Numbered from the stretch's first letter, positions 27,999-41,378 are shown. The stretch: DNA of 64,000 nt from the human T2T-CHM13v2.0 reference genome, Homo sapiens (GCF_009914755.1 NC_060928.1), one strand, 5' to 3'. Numbers and translations: made by a program. Notes: generated by a model from the sequence alone, not told the origin.

Positions 27999-29299
27999 TG
28001 GTCTAGTTCAATATGTAAAATTGAATTAATACGAATGGCAAAAAAGCGTTACAGAGAGATTGGCTCATAAAATTAGTAGAATTATCTAAGGTGCTTATCT
28101 GGTTTAAAAACAATCAATATGATATAAGAAAATGGTCCCTTGTCAAGAAAAGTGGGTAAAAATAATCTTAGTTGATATACTTCCCCACAGGTCATTGGAG
28201 CACAAACTAAACTTAGGGAAAGGTATACTATGGCTTAATAAGTGCTAAAGGGGCTTCCTCCTGATGTAATGAGTACCTTATTCCTGGGCGAGTTTTCAAT
28301 TCACCTTTCAAATAAGGTAAGAAATATTATTTGAATAGACTTGAGAAAATAGTTTTAGGGAAATGAAATATAATTACTTATGTTTGGTTGCATTGAGTGT
28401 TACTGAGTGAGTTAAAATACATATCAAGTGAGAATTCTATTTACTGGGAATTTCACAATCAAAGCAAGAAAATTAATTGACCAGTATCCTGCAATGATGA
28501 TAAGAAATGACTTTTAAGTCATTGTCATGGGTGGAGGGGAGTTAACCATTATTGCATATAAGAGGAAAGATGGTATCTGATTGATGCTTTTGAGATATGA
28601 GAGAGCTGGAATAATTGTTAAAAGCAAAATCAAAGGGAGCATATTAGAGGAAAGGAATGATGACTGTTTTACTGCTTGAAAAATGTAATAATGCCTCTTC
28701 TTCTGAGGCAGGGAGGAATGGTATAACAAAATATGCTGTGTTTTCAAGGAGGAAGAGAGTTAATCAAGTTTCAGTAAAGTCAAGAAGTTTATGAAATTGT
28801 GAACACTATATTGAAAGTGCAGTATAACAAAGGCAAACAGAAATATTAGGAACAAGAAAAAAATGTTTTTCAGAAAAGAAAGGATAGTGCCATCTGCACA
28901 GGCACAGATTGGATGGTTGTAAAATGAGTGCTTCTTTTATTCTAAGGTTTATTATGTGATCTATTTAGACCCCCAACATTGAAAAATGAAATAGCAGCTG
29001 TTGCTCACAAATTACAAACATAATAGTCAACCATGTTTGGCAGCCCTGCAATGAGAAGCAACATCCCCAAAGCTCTGAAACTGGAAACACAACAAGAAGT
29101 AAAGAATGGTACCTAAATAGATCATATGTTTCACCGAATCCCTGCTGTGCTTTTGCTTTTACCTTGTTTATGGGCTCTAATTTGTTTCAAAGTGGAAAGA
29201 AAATTGTTAACAAAAATATCAACAAGGCATATTGTTTTATTATGCTTAAGATGTTCTTTTATTTAGAATTACAATTTAAGAGCAAAATTAAATAGGACT

Positions 29300-29690
29300 T
29301 CAAGATTCTGATTGTAAAATTAAAGCACTCATTGCCCCCACTGCTGACTGCTCATGGCTGAGTCCCTTCTCATGCATTGCTTTTGGCCACGCACTTTTAA
29401 ATCCTTTCTTGTGACTATCATTCATCCACTGACTGGTCAATAGAATAATGCAAAAGGTATTTCCCTTGACTCAATTCTAGGCAACTTTAAAAACCCATAC
29501 CAGCTCCAGAGATCCCCATTGGATAGACTGAGTCTTTATTAACAACTTCATTGTTGTTCAACTCTTCATTACGCCCAATCCAGGATTTCTTTAATCTTTT
29601 ACAAATGTTGTTCTCAGGCACACTCACTAATAAACTTCCTGTAAGTGAGTCTCTCTCTCAGAACCTGATTATAGAAGAACTGGGCCAAAA
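29300..29690 (+). mobile_element. ERVL LTR (LTR16-like)
   Basis: 'ccagctccagagatcccc', 'cactcactaataaacttcctg...tctctctcagaacctg'. Confidence 0.7.
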
Positions 29691-29874
29691 ATTACATTCT
29701 ATTTTTTAAAACTGGGAAGAATCAATGAGAGAATGTAAAGGACTACGAAAAAACAAAAACGAAAAAAATCCAGTAACTTGGTATTTGTTAACTGCACTAT
29801 GTTAGACTTAATGCATGCACCTTTTTCCATGTTTCTTTAATATTTTTGTTATTAGTTTTTCTAAGGCATAATCA

Positions 29875-30255
<381 letters not shown>

Positions 30256-31499
30256 TCACCAGGAGTCCATAGGAAGATGTTGTCATTTATCCAGTGGTGC
30301 CATATTCAAATACACAAGCAAATTATTTAAGAGGAAATGAATATAGATATTTTACTTTTTAGATGGCAAACCTAAACCTGTACATGCCAATAAAAATGTG
30401 ACAAAGGGTAACAGAGATTGTTTAATTTGACTCTAAACTGCTCTACCTAGCTAGTATGTTTCTGTTGATATATAAACAAAGATCTGTACCATGGACATTT
30501 TCCAAAAGCCTAATAATTCAGTATAATTTTAAAATCTCTTTGTATTGGGGGTTTAGGAAAAACATGGCAATGAAAGTGTGTCAGTTTTTACATTTTCACT
30601 CACATCCCTTCATTATATTTTTAATTTCCCACACCTCTAATTACTTGAATATCTTTAATATCCTGTTGGTATGGCACCTAGGCTTATTTTGAAATGTAAG
30701 GATGAAAAGGTCACATTGAGCCATTTGGAGATGAAAATGACATGAGCATTACGGTGACATGATTCAGACAATCATTCAGAATTTAGAGAAATCTGTTACT
30801 CACATTATAGCAGAACTGTCTTTCTTTCTCCACTAAATAAAATAAAATAAACATTGAATTCCTATTGCACTTTTTCATATGTTTTTTATTACACTATGCA
30901 ATATAGTTTTATTTATGCATATTCTCTCAAGTGCTCCTTGACATCAACAATATTTTATATGCACACCATATATTACGTTTTAGTCAGTAAGTGCATATTT
31001 TATTGAATTATTATTTTAATTCATAGCTACTTAAATTATTTTTGCATTAAATCTAAAATTAAAAAATTATAATAGTAAATAATAAATAATTATTAAAATC
31101 GTGAAATAGGAGCTAATACAACACTATAATCCAATTTACAGATCAAATAATATTTTGCCAAGTATAATTAATAAGTACCTCTTGTAGGACATTTGGCAAT
31201 TCTCTAAATATTTTATTTCTCGTCTAGCTTTCACTCACTAGTCTCACCTACTAATTCTTAATTAAAATAATTATTTTTATTATTGCAGTATGGTGATTGT
31301 TCTTGATCCCTCAATGTCTTCCACATTTATTCACTAAAATTATACTCTATGGAAGAGATGGTTCTCCTTCTCCTGTATATGTTTATTTGCTCAAACCAGT
31401 AGGAATTTATGAACTTTTATTTTATTCTATGGGCTAACTTACTTTCTGACATAATAAATGACCAAGTTATTCTGTTATTTCCTTTTCTAATCTTGAAAT

Positions 31500-32330
31500 A
31501 AGATAGCAAATAATGAGATTGTTTATACAGAGGAGCTGGAAATAAAATGAAAAGAAAGTGTGTGGTAATGGGATGGAAGAATTAAAGAGGGACACTTCTT
31601 TGAATAAACTTTCCCTATAGTTCTACTTTCTGAAACCATGTTAACTTTTTGCATATTCACAAACAAATCAACAAAGGATACTAACAGAAGCAATGAATTT
31701 CTGTGTATCTCAAATAACTAAGATAAGCACCTTAAATGAAAAACAAAATAAAAAGCCAACAGAAAACCTAATAAATCTGGAGTCCAGGATTTTGACTACA
31801 TACAATCAAGCCAAAGACAAAAGTAAAAAATAAAGAACTATAAACAAACATTGAATCCAAGATAATGGTATTGTGTTTCAAAGTGGTATGGATTTGCAGT
31901 ACAGAAATTATTTCAGATATATTCTAGACTGAGCATATACCTAAATATAATATGAATAGTTAGTGCCAGTTTTCTTACTATCAGAGAATAGAGTTACAAA
32001 TATTGAAAAGGGGAAATAAAGAATAAACCCTGAGTGTTGGATTGGACTGGCAGTATCACAATAAACATGTTTTTAGTGTGTAGGCATATATATATATATG
32101 AAGAGACACAGTTAGAGACATAAAAATACCTACTCTTTTATTGTGTGTATATATGTATAAAATCTCAGTATAAAATAAATATGTAGTTTATAAAAGATAT
32201 GTCTAAAGCAGATAGATAAACATCATCTGTATCTGTGAGAAAGGCAAGAAGAAAGGAGCGAGATTCTAGTATCAATGAATAGACTTAGGATCCAAATAAT
32301 GTTTTCTAAATACTGTTTTATACCTAAATG
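31500..32330 (+). mobile_element. L1MC/MD 3'UTR remnant
   Basis: 'gaaaccatgttaactttttgcatattc', 'gttttcttactatcagagaatagagttacaaatattgaaaagggg' resemble the L1MC 3'UTR. Confidence 0.6.
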
Positions 32331-33084
32331 TATGTTACATTGCTTCTTGTAGCTAATTTCATTAATTCCCATTTTAATAATTACCATTTCTTCTTAAACC
32401 TGAGCTTACGTAACAGTAAAATATTTGGACATTTGAGGCATCTCCATTTAAACATTTTCCTGACATATCTTTTGTTTTTTTATACTCTATATCTTCTCCA
32501 CTTTCCTCCATTTCAATAAAATGCCCCCCTTTTCTATTTCTCTTTCTCTTTTGGTTTTGTTTTGTTTTTTACTAGCAGTTTTTAGGCTGACACAAATCCT
32601 TTAATGAATTGCCCAGTATACAATTGTCTCCATCAAAACTACTACTGCCCTAAACAAAGCCAATATTAATTATATCTAAAGTACAACAGTAGCTTACTAA
32701 TTTATTTCCCCACTTCCATTCTTGCTGATTTCCATGTCATTTTGCACAAGACAGCCGGTTGTGATATTTTGGAATAAAGTTTATATTCCAAAACATTAAA
32801 TCTTTCCATGGTTCCCATTGCCCATAGATTAAAATATGAAATTTGTGACTGGCAGAATAGTATATTGGTTATGAAAACTTAATAGCTAGAATAACAGCAT
32901 TGAAATGTATCTTTGTCATTCCCCCCATGCACGGCCTTAAACGCGTCACTCAACTGCTTAATCCCTAAATTTTCTCTTTTGTTAAGAGAAGATACCTGTG
33001 CTTTAGGAGTATTTGCACACTGAAGAATTAACACATGTGATGAGTTTAGATTGATGCTTGGCAAATTTTAATGATAACCGATAT

Positions 33085-33691
33085 TGTTAGAGTAGGTACT
33101 TAGGCAGACATCAGCAGGGAAGGAGAGGGCCCTCTGCCCCAACCAGGAATGTGTGGTGACCATAAGGTTATGGTCAGACAGTTGCTACACTGTCTTTCTA
33201 AAATAAAAATTGGTTGCTGCCAGCACCAGGGCAGGACAGTTTCCCAATAGATAGAGAACATCTGAAGCTAATGATCAGCAGCTTCCTGATAAGATCTCAG
33301 GAGTTAGCCGAGTGGGCTCCAGAGTGCACTAAGAGGTCAAACGGTGTTTAACAGGTGTATGACCTTTCTCTTGGAACACTTGAGCGGTAAGGGAAAACGT
33401 GTCAAATGAGCACGTGCACAACTTCAGTAAACACACTGTGCATGCGGGCAACCCAAGATAAAGCAAACTCTGGAACCATACCAACCCCAAGTCAAGGGTC
33501 AGACAGCACACTTGGATCTCTCAAGTTGTCTGCTTGGCCCTTTTCCAGGTGTACTTAACTTCCTTTCATTCCTGCTCTAAAACATTTTAATAAACCCTTA
33601 CTCTTCTTTGTGCTGCTTGGATGAATTCTTTCCTTCAAGGAGGCAAGAATTAACTTTGCTGCAGACCTGTACAAATTCACTGCTGCTAACA
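33085..33691 (+). mobile_element. ERV1 (MER4-group) solo LTR
   Basis: TGTTAGAGTAGG...GCTGCTAACA termini, AATAAA near 33589, near-TSD ATAT/TTAT. Confidence 0.88.
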
Positions 33692-34213
33692 TTATAACAA
33701 TGGCGTGCATATCATAAATATTTAATATATGTTTGCAGCATGAACAAAATGTCTTCAACCTCAAAGTGTGTTTAACTTCAATTACTTTAGCTTCTTTCAA
33801 AAATTTGGACCAATAATGATATTTTACAACTTAAGTTCTTCTCACAAACCCTCCTCTTCCTGAAATACTCTCTTTACTACCCAGTGCCTACCTGATTTCT
33901 AGTTTTCAATTTTGTAAATGACATTTTCTCAGGCAGGCTATTTTTGTCTCCTTAATCTAAATATGAATTTCTATGTATAGTCATTTTTGTTTAAATATAT
34001 TTTGCTTAGGGAGAACTGTCATAATATGTGATATTATATTACATATAAAATATTGTTAGTGTATTTCATAGAATTATATATATATCAATAGACTTGAAAA
34101 TTAAAAAAATACAATAGCTTTTTTCCACAAAACCTACTTTGTGAAACTTAGCACATTATTAACATTCGATATATTTTGGCAGCATGGACAGAACAATAAT
34201 CGAATGTATAAAT

Positions 34214-34777
34214 TTAAAAAGGAATTACCTGGATAATATCCTGCAGAGTGTTTTCCAACATGGTTCCATTCTCCCCGTCACTTTCAGGTACACCAATCAG
34301 ACGTAGATTTGGTCTTTTCTCATAGTCCCATATTTCTTGGAGGCTTTGCTCACTTCTTTTTATTCTTTTTTCTCTAAACTTCCCTTCTCGCTTCATTTCA
34401 TTCACTTCATCTTCCATCGCTGATACCCTTTCTTCCAGTTGATCGCATCGGCTCCCGAGGCTTCTGCATTCTTCACGTAGTTCTCGAGCCTTGGTTTTTA
34501 GCTCCATCAGCTCCTTTAGGCACTTCTCTGTATTGATTATTCTAGTTATACATTCTTCTAAATTTTTTTCAAAGTTTTCAACTTCTTTGCCTTTGGTTTG
34601 AATTTCCTCCAGTAGCTCGGAGTAATTTGATCGCCTGAAGCCTTCTTCTCTCAGCTCGTCAAAGTCATTCTCCCTCCAGGTTTGTTCCATTGCTGGTGAG
34701 GAACTGCGTTCCTCTGGAGGAGGAGAGGCGCTCTGCTTTTTAGAGTTTCCAGTTTTTCTGCTCTGTTTTTTCCCCAT
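34214..34777 (-). pseudogene. ORF1: L1 ORF1p N-terminal ~184 aa (coiled coil), truncated by the inversion breakpoint
   Basis: MGKKQSRKTGNSK...ENTLQDIIQ is uninterrupted, then reads into the TSD. Confidence 0.93.
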
Positions 34778-35232
34778 CTTTGTGGTTTTATCTACTTTTG
34801 GTCTTTGATGATGGTGATGTACAGATAGGTTTTTGGTGTGGATGTCCTTTCTGTTTGTTAGTTTTCCTTCTAACAGACAGGACCCTCAGCTGCAGGTCTG
34901 TTGGAGTACCCGGCCATGTGAAGTGTCAGTGTGCCCCTGCTGGGGGGTGCCTCCCAGTTAGGCTGCTCGGGGGTCACGGGTCAGGGACCCACTTGAGGAG
35001 GCAGTCTGCCCGTTCTCAGATCTCCAGCTGCCTGCTGGGAGAACCACTGCTTTCTTCAAAGCTGTCAGACAGGGACATTTAAGTCTGCAGAGGTTACTGC
35101 TGTCTTTTTGTTTGTCTGTGCCCTGCCCCCAGAGGTGGAGCCTACAGAGGCAGGCAGGCCTCCTTGAGCTGTGGTGGGCTCCACCCAGTTGGAGCTTCCT
35201 GGCTGCTTTGTTTACCTAAGCAAGCCTGGGCA

Positions 35233-35457
35233 ATGGCGGGGGCCCCTCCCCCAGCCTCGCTGCCGCCTTGCAGTTTGATCTCAGACTGCTGTGCTAGCAA
35301 TCAGCGAGACTCCGTGGGCGTAGGACCCTCCGAGCCAGGTGCCGGATATAATCTCCTGGTGCCGCCGTTTTTTAAGGCCCTCGGAAAAGCACAGTATTCG
35401 GGTGGGAGTGACCAGGTGATTTTCCAGGTGCCGTCTGTCACCCCTTTCTTTGACTAG
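35233..35457 (+). CDS. ORF0: L1 ORF0 homologue (74 aa, C-terminus apparently frameshifted); expression unproven
   Basis: MAGAPPPASLPPCSLISDCCASNQRDSVGVGPSEPGAGYNL with Kozak context GCAATGG, in the antisense 5'UTR. Confidence 0.6.
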   Translation: MAGAPPPASLPPCSLISDCCASNQRDSVGVGPSEPGAGYNLLVPPFFKALGKAQYSGGSDQVIFQVPSVTPFFD

Positions 35458-35483
35458 GAAAAGGAATGCCCTGATCCCTTGAC

Positions 35484-36086
35484 ATGAACAGACACTTCTC
35501 AAAAGAAGACATTTATGCAGCCAAAAAACACATGAAAAAATGCTCACCATCACTGGCCATCAGAGAAATGCAAATCAAAACCACAATGAGATATCATCTC
35601 ACACCAGTTAGAATGACAATCATTAAAAAGTCAGGAAACAACAGGTGCTGGAGAGGATGTGGAGAAATAGGAACACTTTTACACTGTTGGTGGGACTGTA
35701 AACTAGTTCAACCATTGTGGAAGTCAGTGTGGTGATTCCTCAGGGATCTAGAACTAGAAATACCATTTGACCCAGCCATCCCATTACTGGGTATATACCC
35801 AAAGGACTATAAATCATGCTGCTATAAAGACACATGCACACGTATGTTTATTGCGGCATTATTCACAATAGCAAAGACTTGGAACCAACCCAAATGTCCA
35901 ACAATGATAGACTGGATTAAGAAAATGTGGCACATATACACCATGGAATACTCTGCAGCCATAAAAAACGATGAGTTCATGTCCTTTGTAGGGACATGGA
36001 TGAAAATGGATATCATCATTCTCAGTAAACTATCGCAAGAACAAAAAACCAAACACTGCATATTCTCACTCATAGGTGGGAACTGA
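35484..36086 (+). pseudogene. ORF2: L1 ORF2p C-terminal ~200 codons with one nonsense mutation
   Basis: MNRHFSKED...[18 protein letters not shown]...; CGA>TGA at 35733-35735; ends FSLIGGN*. Confidence 0.92.
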
Positions 36087-39000
36087 ACAATGAGAACACA
36101 TGGACACAGGAAGGGGAACATGACATTCTGGGGACTGTTGTGGGGTGGGGGGAGGGGGGAGGGATAGCACTGGGAGATATAACTAAAGCTAGATGACGAG
36201 TTAGTGGGTACAGCGCTCCAGCATGGCACGTGTATACATATGCAACTAACCTGCACATTGTGCACATGTACCCTAAAACTTAAAGTATAATAATAATAAT
36301 AAATAAAAGAAAAGGAATTACCTAGAATCAAGGGGAAAATTATAATTAATTGTAAATGATCACACAAAATATAATAAAATTAGATATTAGATAAGTTAAG
36401 CACTTCAATATATAAAGCATGATAAAAATGAAAAAAAACGAAAAGACAAAAACATAGTAGGTATATAAAAGAAGGAAGGTTTGAATTTATGCATCCGAGA
36501 GACTACATGGTTAAGACTTGAGGGACTCACAATATACCAGGGAAAACTGATGAAAATGTAAAACCTTGGAAACCTAATATAATGAATTTATTTAAAATCA
36601 AGACTAAAGAAATTTCCTAATAGACAGAAAGATAAAATTGTACATATATCTACAATTGTAGGAATAAATAACAATAACAATAATCATATTGGTGATATAC
36701 TTTTACCTTCATTAGAAGATTCCAGAAGGAAGTAGAGTTTGAAAAACAATAGAGCAAAAAACAATGCTTTTGTTTTCAGACTAAATAGAAAAATTCCAAT
36801 AATTATGATCTTATAATAATATAATACAATAAAATAAGTGATAGTAGGAAAATATTTTTAAAAACTCACCTTTTATGCTTGAATCAAAATGGTATACAAG
36901 CTATACAATGATATATTACCTACATAGAAATCATAAGAACATTTGTAGTCAACAACACACCACTGGGTATTGAATAAAACTGCTGTCATGAAAAAAAATC
37001 TAATAAAGAAGTATACATGATCATTTTAATATGTGAGTGTATTTGTGTGTGTATGTGTAATTGTGTTGCAAATTTTAAATAATACATATTATTTATAAAT
37101 GTTTACAGCACTTATGACTTGGAATTAGGATAAGAGGTAATTTTTTCTTTTCAATTGTATTTCAATCACATTTTATAAGCATTTTTTAAAATAAGCATGT
37201 TTCACATTTTTAATCTTAAAAGCATACAACTGTTTTCATTTTTTTAATAAATAGCAAAACAGTGAGGTTCATGCATATTCTTAAAAAGACATTTCCCAAA
37301 TGAAGTCAATTTGCTTTATCTAGACAACCCTAAAATCAGCTGTCAACAAAACCAAAGATAAAACTTTAAATTATTACGCTTATTTGCATTGAGTCTGATA
37401 ATAAATATTGTATGTTTACATGGAGAACAAAACAATATTAAAATAAAAATTAATGTCTCTTAATGATATAAAGAGAATAAATTATTCAATGTTGAAAAAC
37501 CTCTACATTCAAAATATCCACATGGAGCAGAAACCTTAAGTTTTCTTTTTATTATACTCATTAATTTTTTAATTAAAAATAATAAAAAATCCTACAACCA
37601 CTGAGACAACACTATTTACTATTTTTAGATTATTATAGTCTTGTAAAGATCATTTGCTTTTATAGTATTTTTGGAAAGACTTTTAAATGCAGTATCAAAA
37701 AGCCTTGTTTTGAAATATTTACTTCATCATAGCTTTGAAATAAGATGTTTTTACATGACAAAAATCTTTCAATTTGCTATGCAAAAGATTTTCAGATTTT
37801 ATTCTTCAATATATTTGTATGTGGGTGTGAGTGTGTCATATGAATGTACTTTTAAATATATTTCAAGAATTCTGGTTTTCTATGTAGAAGGACATTTGAA
37901 AATTCTTTAGGGTCTTCTGAAGCCCCCCACCCCAGTGTAGCTGACCCATGACCAGTTGAAAATTAGAGAAATTCTACCACGTAACAGACTTAGATCACAA
38001 GTGTATTAAACAATAATAAAATGAAAAATGGGTATTTTTCACTTCCAAAACTAAGATTAATCAGTAGTAGGTTTAAGTTATCCCTTCCACTCAGCAGTAT
38101 CTAAAGTTAGTGAGGTCTCATAATTATTAATTCTAAGAAATCATTCCATTGACAATTCGCCTAATACTTCTGTTAGTATTTCTCTTTAAAATGTTTGAGT
38201 TCTTTAATAAGACGTCCTTTGCACTTAGTAATAATTTGACCTGGGGCTTCAGTGACCTATATAGCCTTTTAGGTAGTGGCTTTACTTCAATTATTCTGTG
38301 AAAGAATTGGACATCTCTCCAGGTAATCAAAAATGTATAAGCAGACCATACATTGATATATTTCTTAAAAATAAGAATTAGCAGCTTTTACCTACTTCTA
38401 CAATCTTATCCTCTTTCTAAGGACTGGATTCTTCCAAAGCTGCTAGCAACATCCAGGGAATAAAATAATTTTTGAACATTTCTTTATCCTTATACTCCCT
38501 CTTATACATTTATCCAGACCCCTTGGGTATAATGCCATATACTTCAAAATCCATTGCTGAGATTTATTCCCCAGAATTTGCCTCAAAACTTTTGCCACGT
38601 TATACCAAATATGAATAGGAAGCTGCATCCTGGCCGAAAGAAATTATTGTTCATGGCGCACATCTGAGCTACTACCGTCAATCAGATTGCCAAATCAACT
38701 CTCTAAATCAAAGATCTTGCCAGTATTAAGCTTTACTAATAATTTTAATGATATAAGCAACTAAGTAGCATAGGTAAAGCACAGCCAGACCTGGGATATC
38801 CTGTCTGATTCTTTAGGTACTCACTTCTCATATAAGACACATGTTCTCTGTCACAGAGTAAGAGTTACAGATTCTAGATAAGGTTTTGGGCCATCTCATA
38901 TGGTGATCATCTATGTTAGAAAACCGCCATTTTATAACAAGACTGTTTCAGTGCTTGTGTCACATTTTCCAGAGACCCATGTGTCCTAAACCTACACGTT

Positions 39001-39189
39001 GTGAACTGTTTCTGTTAGTACTATTAAACCAGGGAAATCCTACTATGAGATGTGCATAGATAAAAACTTTCTAACTAGCTAATATAATTACTGTAGCCTA
39101 TGTATCTGGTTATTCAATTATAAGCAGGATTAGACTGGGTCAGCTGCTTTCTCTCCCGAGGAGGTATTGCCTTAAAAGTCATGATAAAA

Positions 39190-39590
<401 letters not shown>

Positions 39591-40323
39591 TTATTCACAC
39601 ATCTATCTAGCTTTGACCTTCTCCAAAAATCTTTACCAATTAAAAAGGTAATATTTTGGTTTCTATCTAACTGACTCTTTAAGCTGTCTTTATAATATTT
39701 TTTCACAACTTTTCCAGTTCTGTATATCTAAAAGAAAACTCATTTTCACCTCAAAGAAAATCCTTCCACTCTTATCTGTTTGAACTGTCTATTGCTTTTC
39801 ATTATAATTGTTTTCTAGCCACTCAAGTTTGAAATTATACAATTATGAATTATACTTTATGAATATATAGAATCAAATTATAATAAACCTCTGAGTTTAA
39901 CTGGCAAGTATTTTCAAAGATTTTCATAATTTCAAAAGGCTTCACTATTTTTACTTCTCTTCTACTCTCTTTGTCTGGAGGATGTTATTCCCTGACAATG
40001 CAGTTCAACTGTTACATATTATTGACATGTTCATATGATGGTTGATTGTTTTTGAATATAAATTAATTTTTATTCATATTTGCTATATGTGGGTCAATTT
40101 ATTTGCTTTTCTAGGAAGTATAGACATTTAGTATACAGTGTGCTGAAATTAATGTCATTCGGCTTTCAGGCTTCATTTGGTACCATAGCTAATTTAATGT
40201 TTTATCTTCTTCCAGTGAGAATCTGAGGTTTTCTAATTTCAGTTAGATACTATTGTAATTGAAATACATAACTCATATTTAAATGTTAATAAGGTGAAGT
40301 TTCTAGTGTTCATATTTTAACAG

Positions 40324-40497
40324 TTTTTTTTTGTTTTTCTTTTTGAGACAGAGTCCTGCTCTGTCACCAAGGTTGAAGTGAAGTGATCCAACTGTGGCTC
40401 ACTGCAGCCTCGAACTCCGGAGCTCAAGGGAGGCTCCCACCTCAGCTTCCTAAGCAGCTAGGACATAGGTGTGCACTACCACACCTGGCTAATTTTA
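40324..40497 (-). mobile_element. AluJ right arm only
   Basis: 'tttttgagacagagtcctgc...cacacctggctaatttt'; left arm absent. Confidence 0.88.
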
Positions 40498-40752
40498 TAT
40501 ATTTATATATATATATTTATATTATATTATATAATTTAGGTATATATAAATATATTTTATATAATGTGTTATATATGATATATAAATATACACATATATT
40601 TACACATAAATACACACATGTACACACATGTCTATACACATATGTGTTTATACATGTGTATATACACACATATGTATCAACATATGTGTATATACACACA
40701 TATATAAATATATATGCACACACATATGTGTATATATACATGTGTGTATATA
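40497..40752. repeat. Compound (TA)n/(CA)n/(TG)n low-complexity tract
   Basis: Alternating purine-pyrimidine tract about 255 bp long. Confidence 0.9.
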
Positions 40753-41272
40753 TTTTTAATATTAGAATACATTCAAATATTAAAAATTATAATTTTCTGC
40801 AATTTAATTTTATTTGCCCTAAATGTTGTGGCCTATGCTATGCTTACTGGCTAACAACTAATTTCAAAATTCTTAAATAATAGAGTATTTCCGTAAAAAG
40901 AGTATTGCCCCATAAAAATGTCCAAGTCGACATCCAAAATACACATTTTTTGTTATGTTAACATTTGTTTGGTACCTATTTTGTTAAATTAGGTTAAACA
41001 AAACAGACAAGAACTTCAATTAAGAGAGATTTCCTCTGTAACCATCACTCCTAACAGATATTATACACCTGCAGTGTATCTGTAAAAATATCGTGTAAGA
41101 GAAAGTTGTTGAATAGACTAGGCCTACTGAGGCCAAATCAAAGAAGGGCACTTCTAAAGAAACATAATGAATGCCATCTTATGGTTTGTCTTGCCTAAGT
41201 TTCTGATAGTTATTTTTTAACTACAGATTGCTTATTGATTACCTTTTTAAATAATTCCCCAATAATTATTCT

Positions 41273-41378
41273 AGACTTTATTTTTAAAAGCAGTTTTAGG
41301 TTCATAACAATATTGAACACAAGGTACAGGGATTTTCCCCAAACCGTTTGTCCTTACATATGCATAGCCTCCCCTCTA
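41273..41378 (-). mobile_element. L1MB/MC 3' terminal fragment
   Basis: 'agactttattttt..agcagttttaggttca..aaggtacagggattttcc'. Confidence 0.65.

Larger units (their letters stand above)
34228..36309 (+). mobile_element. L1PA2, 5'-inverted and internally deleted (antisense ORF1-5'UTR at 34228-35481; sense ORF2 end, 3'UTR and A tail at 35481-36309)
   Basis: 14-bp TSD AAAAGGAATTACCT at 34217-34230 and 36310-36323; 3'UTR 'gctagatgacgagttagtggg' is the L1PA2-type GAG diagnostic. Confidence 0.96.

Noticed and set aside
35822-36367. 181-aa minus-strand ORF
   Set aside because: Antisense frame of the L1 3' end and tail; common in young L1s.
38133-38628. Minus-strand ORFs faintly resembling an ERV RT connection region (NVAKVLRQILG...RGLDKCIR)
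   Set aside because: Similarity is too weak to call by eye and no catalytic motifs are nearby; needs an HMM search.
40383-40880. 165-aa ORF rich in Y/I/H/T
   Set aside because: It is a translation of an Alu arm plus a TA/CA simple repeat.
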